From: Acidimicrobiales bacterium
GTDB taxonomy: Bacteria > Actinomycetota > Acidimicrobiia > Acidimicrobiales > SHLQ01
Direction: 5' to 3'
DNA length: 64,000 bases
NCBI GenBank assembly: GCA_020628865.1
Contig: JAHDEJ010000001.1
Span: forward strand, 170,395 to 234,394
The position numbers and the translations under genes are program-made. The notes below the pieces were generated by a model that was not told where the DNA came from, ran no database searches, and worked only from the letters and a program-made list of their open reading frames with translations. Positions 27,397-39,172 of the stretch are shown piece after piece (positions within the stretch are counted from its first letter, which is position 1; every line of letters starts with the position of its first letter).

Positions 27397-28832
27397 GTGC
27401 AGACGATGTCGATGCGATCCGCCCCGATGCGGTGGCGGATCACGTAACTGTCGCCCGCATCACCATTCGGGTCGGTGAAGCTGGTGAGCCCCTCGAGGGT
27501 TGCCAACCACGAACCGTTCACTCGGACGATCCGACGGGAAACGCCGTCGATCGCCGCAAAGTCCAAGCGCACGCCGCCGTTCACGACGGTCGCCGAACAC
27601 GGCTCGTCGCCACCACCGTTCGCCGAACAGACCACGTCGACGATCGCTCCGTCGACACGACGCCGGATGACGAACGAATCGCCGATCGACCCGGACACGA
27701 CCGTGCTGGTGGCGTTGAGCGTCTCGACCCACGACCCGTTTCGTCGGACCACGTAGGGCGTGACCCCGAAGTCGTCCCAGCTGAGCTGCACGCCCCCACC
27801 GACCGCGGTGGCCACGCAGCCGTTCGCCGGCGGAACGATCGGCGGCACGACGCCACCGGTCGTGACGGTGCCGCACGTGGCGTTTCCTTGCTCGCCGCCG
27901 GCAAAGACCCGAAGGCTGTACGTCCAGGTCCCTTCGCCTGGCGTCTCGGTGAACGCCGGGCCGAAGACGGTAACGGCATCGACGTAGGTGCCGTTGCGTC
28001 GGATCACGACATTGCCGCGGGTGAAGGTCCAGTCGACCGTCACCCGGTCGTTGGCGTCGATCGTGGCCGTACACGTGCCAACGGGCGCAGGCACCGGGGT
28101 CACGTCGACCCCGCTGCGGCAGTCGTTGCGGGTGAGACCCGCCCAGCGGTTGGCGTCGGTGAACCAGCGGAGGTTGCCATACCGGTCGTAGTCCTCTCCG
28201 CCGGGAATCCGGATGGAGTCGCCCCCGGCCGGGCAGACGAAGCGATGCTTCTGGCGCAGCCGGGCGAAGTCGCCGGATTCGATCGTGATCTGACCGCGGT
28301 CGGGGGTCGCCCATTCGACGCGCCGGGCACTGCTGTATCCCTTGTCGCGAAGGAGCTGACGAAGCTCTTCGAGCCGACCGACCGTGTAGCCGTCATCCGC
28401 AGCCTGGTCGTAGATCACGCCGTCGAGTGACGCCTCGGCCTCCAGCACCGCAGCGAGGAAGTGGTGCAGCTGCACGGCATCCCGAACGCGGGCGGAGTCG
28501 TCGGGGAGGCCGTCGGTCCATTCCGGCCAGTCGTACTGCTCGGGCATCCGGAACTGCAGCTTCGCCCGGTTGACCCAGACGCCGCCGTGCTCCTCAACCA
28601 GATACTCGATGAGCGTGGATGTGCCACTGGGTCCGTTCACGTCCCAGGTCGAACCGGACTTCGACCCGTCGGCCCACATGTAGCCGAGCAGGCGAGCCGT
28701 GTCCGCCTCCGTGGGCTCAGGAACCGCAGCTCCCGCTGTGCGTTGCGTCAGCTGGAGACCTGCGAGCAGGGCGATCCCAAGCGCGACCGTCGCCAGGACG
28801 ACCCGCACCGAGATCCGTTGTGCATTCACCAC
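27393..28832 (-). CDS. secreted LAGLIDADG-like-domain protein with additional tandem Cys-bracketed Ig-like modules, no RTX (paralogue 3)
   Basis: The ORF opens at GTG 28877. The likely start is GTG 28832/28829, giving the signal peptide [34 protein letters not shown] (28665-28691) and [10 protein letters not shown]. Repeated modules match C-x-AT...V-x-L/V-x-W/F...RRNG-x-W/Y. Confidence 0.72.
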   Translation of the reverse strand: MVNAQRISVRVVLATVALGIALLAGLQLTQRTAGAAVPEPTEADTARLLGYMWADGSKSGSTWDVNGPSGTSTLIEYLVEEHGGVWVNRAKLQFRMPEQYDWPEWTDGLPDDSARVRDAVQLHHFLAAVLEAEASLDGVIYDQAADDGYTVGRLEELRQLLRDKGYSSARRVEWATPDRGQITIESGDFARLRQKHRFVCPAGGDSIRIPGGEDYDRYGNLRWFTDANRWAGLTRNDCRSGVDVTPVPAPVGTCTATIDANDRVTVDWTFTRGNVVIRRNGTYVDAVTVFGPAFTETPGEGTWTYSLRVFAGGEQGNATCGTVTTGGVVPPIVPPANGCVATAVGGGVQLSWDDFGVTPYVVRRNGSWVETLNATSTVVSGSIGDSFVIRRRVDGAIVDVVCSANGGGDEPCSATVVNGGVRLDFAAIDGVSRRIVRVNGSWLATLEGLTSFTDPNGDAGDSYVIRHRIGADRIDIVCT

Positions 28833-28884
28833 CGTGTATTCCCATCCGTGACCCGCCCGACCGACGATGCTACCCACCGTGGCA

Positions 28885-28933
28885 TTTCACGCGCAAACGC
28901 CCGGCCCGACCACCGAGGGTCGAACCGGGCGTT
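28885..28933 (-). terminator. hairpin terminator downstream of mdh
   Basis: AACGCCCGG (28896-28904) / CCGGGCGTT (28925-28933) with inner CGACC/GGTCG pairing. Lies between the mdh stop (28956) and the paralogue 3 start. Confidence 0.5.
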
Positions 28934-28955
28934 CAACGAGAAGACGTCGGGTCGC

Positions 28956-29942
28956 TCAGATCAGGCCGAGACCGGCGACGGTGTCACGCTCGGCCACGAG
29001 TTCCGCGTTGCTGGCGTCGATCTTGCCTCGGCTGAAGTCGTCGATGTTGAGCCCCTGCACGATCGAGTACTCGCCGTCGGTACAGGTGCACGGGAACGAG
29101 GTGATGATGCCCTCGGGTGCGCCGTAGCTGCCATCGGACGGGATCGCCATCGACACCCAGTCGCCCTCCGGCGTGCCCAGTGCCCACGAGTTCATGTGGT
29201 CGATCGCCGCGTTCGCTGCGGAGGCGGCGGAGGAAAGCCCACGGGCCTTGATGATTGCCGCGCCACGCTTCTGCACGGTCGGGAGGAAGTCGTTCTCGAG
29301 CCACGCCTGATCATTGATCATCTCGGCGGCGTTCTGACCGTTGACCTTGGTGTGGAACAGGTCCGGGTACTGGGTGGCCGAGTGGTTGCCCCAGATCGTC
29401 ATGTTCGTGACGTCGTTGACGGTGGTTCCCGTCTTCTGTGCCACCTGCGTCATCGCCCGGTTGTGGTCCAGGCGGGTCATCGCCGTGAACTGGCCGGGGT
29501 CGATGTCCGGCGCCGACGCCTGAGCGATGAGGGCGTTGGTGTTGGCCGGGTTGCCGACCACGAGCACCTTGATGTCCTTCGAGGCGTTGTCGTTGATCGC
29601 CTTGCCCTGCGGGCCGAAGATGCCGCCGTTGGCCTCGAGGAGGTCGGCCCGCTCCATGCCGTCCTTGCGGGGCATCGCGCCGACGAGGAGGGCGTAATCG
29701 GCATCGCCGAACGCCACATTGGCGTCGTCCGTCTGCACCGTTCCGGCAAGCAACGGGAATGCGCAGTCGTCGAGCTCCATCGTCACGCCTTCGAGCGCAC
29801 CGAGCGCCGGGGTGATCTCGAGCATCTGCAGAATGACGGGCTGGTCGGTGCCCAGCATCTCTCCGCTGGCGATCCGGAACAGCAGGCTGTAGCCGATCTG
29901 CCCTGCGGCTCCGGTGACTGCGACGCGTACGGGGTCCTTCAC
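28956..29942 (-). CDS. mdh: malate dehydrogenase (NAD-dependent, cytoplasmic-type)
   Basis: 328 aa. [15 protein letters not shown]-binding motif, MTRLDHNRA, and catalytic His in IWGNHS. Confidence 0.93.
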   Translation of the reverse strand: MKDPVRVAVTGAAGQIGYSLLFRIASGEMLGTDQPVILQMLEITPALGALEGVTMELDDCAFPLLAGTVQTDDANVAFGDADYALLVGAMPRKDGMERADLLEANGGIFGPQGKAINDNASKDIKVLVVGNPANTNALIAQASAPDIDPGQFTAMTRLDHNRAMTQVAQKTGTTVNDVTNMTIWGNHSATQYPDLFHTKVNGQNAAEMINDQAWLENDFLPTVQKRGAAIIKARGLSSAASAANAAIDHMNSWALGTPEGDWVSMAIPSDGSYGAPEGIITSFPCTCTDGEYSIVQGLNIDDFSRGKIDASNAELVAERDTVAGLGLI

Positions 29943-30027
29943 GATTGCTCCTCGGGTGGGTTCGTTCGCCGTTCAGGGTACCGGGACGCGACAGAGCCGG
30001 GCTGGATCAGCCCGGCTCGATAACTCG

Positions 30028-30228
30028 CTCGGCACTTCCGGCCGAAAACCCCGCAACCGCCGCAGCAGCCCGAGGTCTTCTCTCGGCACGTCCGGCCGAG
30101 ATCCCCGGAACCGCCGAAGCAGCCCACGAGTCTTTCGCTCGGCACGTCCGGCCGAGAACCCCGCAACCGCCGAAGCAGCCCACGAGTCTTTCGCTCGGCA
30201 CGGCCGGCCGAGATCCGTCCGACCGTCG
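30028..30228. repeat. 54-56 bp tandem repeat, ~3.6 copies, in the mdh upstream region
   Basis: Units start at 30028, 30082, 30138 and 30194. Unit: CTCGGCACGTCCGGCCGAGA(A/T)CCCCG(C/G)AACCGCCGAAGCAGCCCACGAGTCTTTCG. Each unit begins with CTCGGC-N7-GCCGAG. Confidence 0.85.
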
Positions 30229-30250
30229 CAACGGCCTCAGGCGTGTTGGG

Positions 30251-30496
30251 TCAGCTGGTGGCGCTGAGCCAGCCCTGCCTGATGGCGAGCCAGAGGAGTC
30301 CGGCGGCGACGAGCGATCCGAGGATCACCTGACCGAAGAAGCCGAGTCCGCTGGTGACCAACGAGACGACGAACGACGAGATGATGCCGAGGCCGATCGT
30401 CTTGGGCAGGCCGATGTCCTGGCCGCCCGGAAGGATTGCCCGGCCGCCGAAGCCGATGATCGTTCCCATGATGACTGCACCGATGATTCCCCACAT
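30251..30496 (-). CDS. GlsB/YeaQ/YmgE-family (transglycosylase-associated) small membrane protein
   Basis: 81 aa from MWGIIGAVIMGTIIGFGGR with an AGGGAGA SD. Typical Gly-rich TM pattern. Confidence 0.8.
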   Translation of the reverse strand: MWGIIGAVIMGTIIGFGGRAILPGGQDIGLPKTIGLGIISSFVVSLVTSGLGFFGQVILGSLVAAGLLWLAIRQGWLSATS

Positions 30497-30583
30497 GATG
30501 TTCTCCCTTGTGTGAGCGTCTGCCCGAGTTGCTAGTGGAGGCCCCGCCAAAACGCAAAGTGCAGGCTCATTCCAAGCGCATCT

Positions 30584-30681
30584 GGGTGAAGGGGTCGCGT
30601 CTCACTTTCACCCAGTTCGGTGAAGGGGTCGCGTCTCACTTTCACCCACTTCGGTGAAGATGAGACGCGACCCCTTCACCC
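30584..30681. repeat. REP/BIME-like element: two direct copies plus one inverted copy of a ~29-nt unit
   Basis: GGGTGAAGGGGTCGCGTCTCACTTTCACCC at 30584-30613 and at 30619-30647. An inverted copy GGTGAAGATGAGACGCGACCCCTTCACCC lies at 30653-30681. Copies 2 and 3 can form a ~27-bp hairpin immediately below the ABC exporter stop (30698). Confidence 0.85.
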
Positions 30682-30697
30682 GCCGGATGTGGGCCTG

Positions 30698-32482
30698 TCA
30701 CTGGGATTGTGTGTTGCCGACCCAGTCGGCGTACAGCCCGGCGTACACGCCTCCGACGGCGATGAGCTCGTCGTGCGAGCCCGATTCGACCAGCCGGCCG
30801 TTGTCCATCACCAACACGAGGTCGGCGCGCTCGGCCGTCGACAACCGGTGGGCGATGGACACCGTCGTCCGTCCCCGGCTGAGCCGCTCCAGCGCCTCGG
30901 CCATGCGAACCTCGGTCTCGGGGTCGACCGCGCTGGTCGCCTCGTCGAGAATCAAGAGCCCTGCGTCGGCCAGCTGCGCTCGGATGAGCGCCACCAGCTG
31001 CCGCTCCCCGACCGAGATCCCCTCGCCCCGTTCCCCCGCCGAGGTCTCGATCCCGTCCTGCAGGCCGTCGACCCAATCCCGGAGACCCAGCGACGCGATC
31101 GCCTGATCGATCTGCGCATCGGTTGCGCCCGGCCGTCCGAACCGGATGTTCTCGGCCAGCGTCGTGTCGAAGAGGAACCCATCCTGGGGCACCATGCGGA
31201 TCAGCCGGCTGCGACTCGGCTCACTCGCAGTTCGCAGGTCTGCGCCGGCCACCATGACCTGGCCGCTGGTCGGATCGGCGAGTCGTGCGAGCAGCTTCGC
31301 CATGGTGGACTTTCCGCTGCCGGTCTCCCCCACGACAGCGACGGACGTGCCCGCGGGAATCTCGAAGGACAGATCGTGGAGCACCTGGTCGCCGGTCCGG
31401 TACGCGAAGTCGACGTGTCGCAGCACGACCGTGGGCGCCCCAGCCGGGAGGTCGACCCCGGGATCGGCCTCCACCACGTCCACCGGGATATCGTGGATCT
31501 GGAGGATCTTCCACCAGCCGGCGAGAGCGGTCTGGGTCTGGTCGAGCACCTCGCCGAGCTGGGCGATCGGTTGGATCAGGATCGTGACGAGGAAGAGAAA
31601 CGCAGTGAGCTCGCCGACCGTGAGCGTGTCCGGCCCGAGAAGGACCCCGACGACGGCAACGGCTCCCGTGGCCACACCTCCGAAGAGGTCCATCGTCGGC
31701 GCAAGGATGGAGAAGAACTTGTGTGCATTGGTCTGGGCGGCCACGAGCTCGGTGTTGGCGTCGGCGAGCCGCTCCCCCACCTCGTCCTGGTAGCCGTACG
31801 CGCGGATGGTGACCGCCCCGGACACCGCCTCGGACGTCTGCGACAGCGTGTCGGCGGTGCGGGTTCGCACACGGTTGTACGCCCGGAGCTGACGACGCTG
31901 GATGAACCGCAGGATGGGCAAGAGCGGGAGGTAGACGACGACCGTGAGGAGTGCGAGCTGCCAGCTGTAGACGGCCATCACGGCGAGAGTGCCGATGATG
32001 AGTGCCGTGTCGACGATCCAGGCGAGCGCACCCCACTGCGCGAACTGGGCGAGGGTCTCGACGTCGCTGGTGACGCGGGCAGTCAGCACGCCCTTTCGCT
32101 TCTCGGTGTGTTCAGCGAGGCTGAGCCGTTGGATGTGGTCGAACGTGCGCACGCGGAGCGCCAACAACGTGTTCTCGGCCACGGCGATGACCCGTCGGTA
32201 GGTGATCGTCGTCAAGCCGTAGATGACGAGGATGAGCACACCGGCGGCAAGAGTGGCCCGAAACACGAAGCCGACGTCGACGCTGCCCTCGGCAAAGCCG
32301 CCGTCCAGGGTCTGCTGAACGAGGATCGGCAGCACGAGACGGGCGAGCGCGCTCAACAAGGCGAACACGACGGTCACGCCGAGTCCGCGCCGCAGCTCGG
32401 GACTCTCGCGCACGGCCCGACGAAGGATGTGCAGCGCCGGTTGCTGATCCTCGTCGACCAGTTCGGTCCCTCGGGCCGTCAC
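30698..32482 (-). CDS. ABC exporter, fused permease/ATPase (type I, MdlB-like)
   Basis: 594 aa. Six-TM N-domain, Walker A GETGSGKST, signature VGERQ, Walker B LLILDEATS. GTGA overlap with the upstream partner. Confidence 0.88.
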   Translation of the reverse strand: MTARGTELVDEDQQPALHILRRAVRESPELRRGLGVTVVFALLSALARLVLPILVQQTLDGGFAEGSVDVGFVFRATLAAGVLILVIYGLTTITYRRVIAVAENTLLALRVRTFDHIQRLSLAEHTEKRKGVLTARVTSDVETLAQFAQWGALAWIVDTALIIGTLAVMAVYSWQLALLTVVVYLPLLPILRFIQRRQLRAYNRVRTRTADTLSQTSEAVSGAVTIRAYGYQDEVGERLADANTELVAAQTNAHKFFSILAPTMDLFGGVATGAVAVVGVLLGPDTLTVGELTAFLFLVTILIQPIAQLGEVLDQTQTALAGWWKILQIHDIPVDVVEADPGVDLPAGAPTVVLRHVDFAYRTGDQVLHDLSFEIPAGTSVAVVGETGSGKSTMAKLLARLADPTSGQVMVAGADLRTASEPSRSRLIRMVPQDGFLFDTTLAENIRFGRPGATDAQIDQAIASLGLRDWVDGLQDGIETSAGERGEGISVGERQLVALIRAQLADAGLLILDEATSAVDPETEVRMAEALERLSRGRTTVSIAHRLSTAERADLVLVMDNGRLVESGSHDELIAVGGVYAGLYADWVGNTQSQ

Positions 32483-34224
32483 GACGATTCACCGCCTTCG
32501 TACGCCTGCACCAGCGTTCGATATCCCGGCAGATCGAGCAGGTCCTCGTGCCTGCCGACGCCGGCGATCCGTCCGTCCTCGAGGAAGGCGACACGATCGG
32601 CGAGCAGGATGGTCGACAACCGATGGGCCACCATCAGCACGGTGGGGACCTGGTCCCCGGTGCCCGCTCGCAGGCCGGACAGGATGGCGGCCTCGACCGA
32701 CGGGTCGACGGCGGAGGTCGCATCGTCCAACAGCAGGACCGACGGTTCCCGGAAGAGTGCCCGCGCCAGCGCAACCCGTTGCCGCTGACCGCCGGAGAGT
32801 GTGACGCCACGTTCACCGAGGACGGTGTTGTAGCCCTGCGGCGTCTCCCCGATGAACGCATGGGCCCGGGCTGCCTCGGCCGCCGACCGTACCCGGGCGT
32901 CGTCGGCGGCATCGCCCATCGTGATGTTCTCGACGATCGGCTGCGCAAAGAGAAAGCTCTCCTGGAAGACCATGGCGAGGCGCGCCGCTCGCCCGGTGGC
33001 CGACAGCGAGTCGTTGTCGACACCGCCAAGCTCGATTCTTCCGCGGTCGGGATCGACCAGCCCGGCGGCGAGCTCCAGCAGCGTGGTCTTCCCGCTTCCT
33101 GTCGCACCGACGAGAGCCACGGTCTCTCCCGAAGCAACGTCGAGGTCGACGCCGTCGAGCACCACGTTGCTTCCGTGGGAGAAGTGGACGTCGGTGAACC
33201 GGAGCTCGAGTGAGCCGTCGGGCAGCGAGCCGGTTCGGGATCGTTCGGGTGGCGGCGGCAGGTCGATGACCTTGTCGACCCGCTCCAGGGCGACGACGGA
33301 GGGCGGCATGCTCTGGAGGAAGAAGCCGACGATGCGGAATGGCAGCGCCAGCACGGTGAAGAGCGACATCGCTCCCACGACATCGCCGACACTCACGCTG
33401 CCGCGGTCGACGAGCCACCCGCCGAGCAGGAGGAGCACGACAACACCGAAGTTCGGAAGCGTTTCGAGCAACGGTTCGAACACCGCTCGAAGGCCGCCGA
33501 CCTTCAGACGCTTGGTGCGGAGCGTGTCGGCAGCGGCCCGCAACCGCTCGACCTCGTCGTCGGAGCGACCCAGCGTCTTCACCATCATGATCCCGTCGAA
33601 GCTCTCGTGGGCCACGTTGGTCACCCCGGCGACGGCCTGCTGCACTTCTGCAGCCGGGCCGGCGACGCGCTTCGAGTACGCCTGGTTGATCACGCCGAGA
33701 ATCGGGAGCAACACGAATGCGGTGAGCCCGAACAGCGGGTGGACGAGCGTGAGGCTGATCACCGCCAGGACGGCGAGCACGACGGTCGCCACGGCGAACG
33801 CGAGGGGACGGAGGACCGTGCCTGCGACGATCAGATCGTTGTCCACGTGTGCGAGGAGCTGCCCGGTGGGCGTTTCGCGGTGGAAGCGGATCGGCTGACG
33901 TAGGTACTGATCGAAGAGCTGGGCGCGATACGTCGCCTGCGTTCGATACTCCGCCATCGCCAGGTAGTACCGGCGAACGATCGCGCCGGCGCCCCGAACG
34001 AGCGCAATCACGAGGATGACGACGAAGCCGGTGGCCAGCCGGGAGTCGCTGACGCCGTCGTCGCCGAGGCCCGGGACGATGACGTTGTCGGTGACCCAGG
34101 CGATGGCGCGGCTCAGCGCCACCACGGACACCGCAAACAACACCGCCCCGACGATGGCGATGGCATGCGGGATGGGGTGGGCGCGGAAACTGCGTCCGAT
34201 CAGCCGGAGGCCGCGACGGAACAT
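32479..34224 (-). CDS. ABC exporter, fused permease/ATPase (heterodimer partner)
   Basis: Start MFRRGLRLIG at 34224, below the folD stop. Walker A GATGSGKTT, signature LSGGQRQR, Walker B LLLDDATS. Confidence 0.85.
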   Translation of the reverse strand: MFRRGLRLIGRSFRAHPIPHAIAIVGAVLFAVSVVALSRAIAWVTDNVIVPGLGDDGVSDSRLATGFVVILVIALVRGAGAIVRRYYLAMAEYRTQATYRAQLFDQYLRQPIRFHRETPTGQLLAHVDNDLIVAGTVLRPLAFAVATVVLAVLAVISLTLVHPLFGLTAFVLLPILGVINQAYSKRVAGPAAEVQQAVAGVTNVAHESFDGIMMVKTLGRSDDEVERLRAAADTLRTKRLKVGGLRAVFEPLLETLPNFGVVVLLLLGGWLVDRGSVSVGDVVGAMSLFTVLALPFRIVGFFLQSMPPSVVALERVDKVIDLPPPPERSRTGSLPDGSLELRFTDVHFSHGSNVVLDGVDLDVASGETVALVGATGSGKTTLLELAAGLVDPDRGRIELGGVDNDSLSATGRAARLAMVFQESFLFAQPIVENITMGDAADDARVRSAAEAARAHAFIGETPQGYNTVLGERGVTLSGGQRQRVALARALFREPSVLLLDDATSAVDPSVEAAILSGLRAGTGDQVPTVLMVAHRLSTILLADRVAFLEDGRIAGVGRHEDLLDLPGYRTLVQAYEGGESS

Positions 34225-34313
34225 CGACCCTTCGGCCGACGTCGCCCGGGCCTGGTCCGGCGACCCGCTGGGTTGTGCCGGTGCCTCCTCGGGCGGAGGA
34301 GATTCGGGCTCGC

Positions 34314-35171
34314 TCAGGAGTGGGCCCGTTCGGCAGCGGCAACCGTGTTGGCGAGCAGCATGGCGACCGTCAGCGGGCCCACACCGCCGAGGCGCGGCGT
34401 GATCCACGACGCAACCTCTTCGACGTCCTCGTTCACGTCCGGGAGGAGCTTGCGGCCTTCCCAGCTGATGCCACCGCTCACGACGATTGCACCGGGCTTC
34501 ACCATGTCCTTGGTGATCGTGCCCGGGCGGCCGACGGCGGCGATGACGATGTCTGCCTCACGGGTGTACTTGGCGATGTCCGGCACGCCGGTGTGGACGA
34601 CGGTGGTGGCCGCGTTGGCCCCGGCCTGCTTCGTGGTCATGAGCAGCGCCATCGGACGGCCGAGCGTGGTGCCGCGGCCGACGACGACGACGTTCTTTCC
34701 GGCGACGTCGACGTCGTAGTACTTCAGCATCTCGACGATGCCGGCCGGGGTGCACGGCAGCGGACCCTCTTCCTGCAGCACGAGCTTGCCGAGGTTCTCC
34801 GGGTGGAGGCCGTCGGCGTCCTTGGCCGGGTCGATCATCGACAGGGCCTCGGCGGAGTCGAATCCGTCCGGAAGCGGCAGCTGAAGGATGTAGCCGTGGA
34901 CCGTGGGGTCTTCGTTGAACTCGCGCAGCGCATCCAAAAGGGCGTCCTGGCCGGCGTCGGCCGGGATGGCCTTGTGATGCGACGTGATGCCGACCTGCTC
35001 GCAGGTCTCGTGCTTCTTCTTCACGTACGAAGCGCTGGGACCATCGTCGCCGACGAGGATCGTTCCGAGACCAACGGTGACACCCTTGGCTTCGAGCGCC
35101 GCGGCGCGGGTACGGACATCTTCGAGCACCGATTCGGCAACCGGGCCACCTGCAAGAAATTGTGCGGTCAT
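34314..35171 (-). CDS. folD: bifunctional methylenetetrahydrofolate dehydrogenase / methenyl-THF cyclohydrolase
   Basis: 285 aa. YVKKK, ILQLPLP, TPAGI and GGVGP motifs. Confidence 0.93.
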   Translation of the reverse strand: MTAQFLAGGPVAESVLEDVRTRAAALEAKGVTVGLGTILVGDDGPSASYVKKKHETCEQVGITSHHKAIPADAGQDALLDALREFNEDPTVHGYILQLPLPDGFDSAEALSMIDPAKDADGLHPENLGKLVLQEEGPLPCTPAGIVEMLKYYDVDVAGKNVVVVGRGTTLGRPMALLMTTKQAGANAATTVVHTGVPDIAKYTREADIVIAAVGRPGTITKDMVKPGAIVVSGGISWEGRKLLPDVNEDVEEVASWITPRLGGVGPLTVAMLLANTVAAAERAHS

Positions 35172-35264
35172 GGCGGCAACCTAGCTGCGTCGGTGACAAA
35201 AGCGGCGGGCATTCGGTACGCAAGCAATGGAGTTCGAGACCGCGCCTGTCCTAGTGTCTGGGCC

Positions 35265-36128
35265 GTGTTCCCGTTGAAGGATGACAACCCGACCACGAGG
35301 CTTCCGATCGTCACCCTCGTGCTGATCGTCCTCAACGTGCTCGTGTACTTCCTCGTACAGCCGGTCGAGGTCAGCGCCGGCACGGACTTCACCTTCGAGA
35401 CCGCCGCCATTCCCGAGGAACTCACCAGTGGTGAGCCCTTGAGCGAAGCCGAGTTCTGCGCGGTGGTCAGCCCGGGCTCCGCAGCCATGAACTCGCTGTC
35501 GATCGCCAGCGGTGTGTGTGCCGACCCCAGCCCGACCGAGCCGGCATTCCCCGACAAGAACGTGTGGCTCGGTGCGTTGTACTCGATGTTCATGCACGGC
35601 GGCCTGATGCACCTCGGCGGCAACATGCTCTACCTGTGGGTCTTCGGCAACAACATCGAGGACCACCTGGGCCGGGCCAAGTACCTGGCGTTCTATCTCA
35701 TTGCCGGTGTGGTCGCGACGCTTGCGCACGTGTTCGGCGACCTGGATTCGATCATTCCCGTGATCGGCGCATCCGGCGCCGTGGCCGGGGTGATGGGCGC
35801 GTACGTCGTCTGGTTCCCCTGGGCCCGTATCCGCACGATCGCGCTGATCGCGCTCATCAACCTGAAGGCGTGGATCGTTCTCGCCTTCTGGTTCGTGAGC
35901 CAGTTCTTCATCTCACCGTCGGACGGTGTGGCATGGCTGGCCCATGTCGGCGGCTTCGTGTTCGGTGCGCTCTTCGCCCTCGCCGCCCGGAGCAGCAACT
36001 CCTTCCGGGACCAGCTGTGGCAGCACAAGTACCGGACGCTGAACCCCGGGGCCACCTGGGATCCGCGGTTCGGTGGCCGAGAGGCCGTGCAGGACGGGCG
36101 CACGCCGTCGTGGTACCCGGGGCCATGA
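35265..36128 (+). CDS. rhomboid-family intramembrane serine protease
   Basis: GTG start gives VFPLKDDNP. HGGLMHLGGNMLYLW, catalytic GASGAVAGVMG, and AHVGGF His. Confidence 0.85.
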   Translation: MFPLKDDNPTTRLPIVTLVLIVLNVLVYFLVQPVEVSAGTDFTFETAAIPEELTSGEPLSEAEFCAVVSPGSAAMNSLSIASGVCADPSPTEPAFPDKNVWLGALYSMFMHGGLMHLGGNMLYLWVFGNNIEDHLGRAKYLAFYLIAGVVATLAHVFGDLDSIIPVIGASGAVAGVMGAYVVWFPWARIRTIALIALINLKAWIVLAFWFVSQFFISPSDGVAWLAHVGGFVFGALFALAARSSNSFRDQLWQHKYRTLNPGATWDPRFGGREAVQDGRTPSWYPGP

Positions 36129-36793
36129 ACTGGCGACCCTGGCTTCCGGTTCCGCTGGTCGGATTGGCCACGTTGATCCTCACGTGGCAGGTCCACGCAC
36201 GTGCCGGCGACGAGACCATCCGCTGCGTCGATGCGCCTCAGACCGAGTGCATGGTCGGCAGCGGCGCAAGCTGGCTGCTCACCGGCATCACGATCACCGC
36301 CCCGACGCTCATCCACCTCGGCTGGCGTTGGACGGCTCGCCTCAACCGGCAGAAGAAGCTCGATCCGCTCCGTCGCCTCGTGATTCCGGACTACGAGGAG
36401 ATCCTCGAGATCGTCAGCGTCGTTCTGGCGCTGGCCGCATCGGTGTGGATCATCCGATCGGGACCGACCTTCGGCTTGGTCGACGGCGGTTTCCCGAACA
36501 CCTGGCTCGGCGAGTCGCTGGGCACGCAGGCGCGGGACGTCCCGCTCGTTCCGACCCGGGGAGCCTGGTTCCTGATCGGTGCGCTGATGAGCGCTCCGTT
36601 CAGCTTCGCTGCAGGCTCGGCCGTCGGCCGAGAGTGGTTCGGTTGGAAGCGTCGACGAGGCACCGACTCGCTTGCCGAGGCGTCCTCGGAAGCAACCGAG
36701 ACCGATACCGAAGACGCGGAAACCCTCGATCTCGATGCCGAAGATGCCGATGCCGACGCTGGAGTCGACGAGGACGCCGAGGCCGACGCCTGA
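36125..36793 (+). CDS. hypothetical membrane protein with acidic C-terminal tail
   Basis: ATGA overlap with the rhomboid stop. Several TM segments. C-terminus TETDTEDAETLDLDAEDADADAGVDEDAEADA. Confidence 0.6.
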   Translation: MNWRPWLPVPLVGLATLILTWQVHARAGDETIRCVDAPQTECMVGSGASWLLTGITITAPTLIHLGWRWTARLNRQKKLDPLRRLVIPDYEEILEIVSVVLALAASVWIIRSGPTFGLVDGGFPNTWLGESLGTQARDVPLVPTRGAWFLIGALMSAPFSFAAGSAVGREWFGWKRRRGTDSLAEASSEATETDTEDAETLDLDAEDADADAGVDEDAEADA

Positions 36794-36805
36794 GCGGACC
36801 GATCG

Positions 36806-39106
<2,301 letters not shown>

Positions 39107-39172
39107 CTATCGAGCGCAGGGCCCGGAGGCGTTGTGTTTCCCGGGTTCCGTTGGCGGAATCCGCGGATGGGC

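Noticed and set aside
30028-30681. Possible CRISPR array (tandem 56-bp repeats and nearby 29-nt repeats)
   Set aside because: The repeats are contiguous or separated by only 4-5 nt, so there are no unique spacers of 25-40 nt. One copy is inverted. No cas genes are present in the window.
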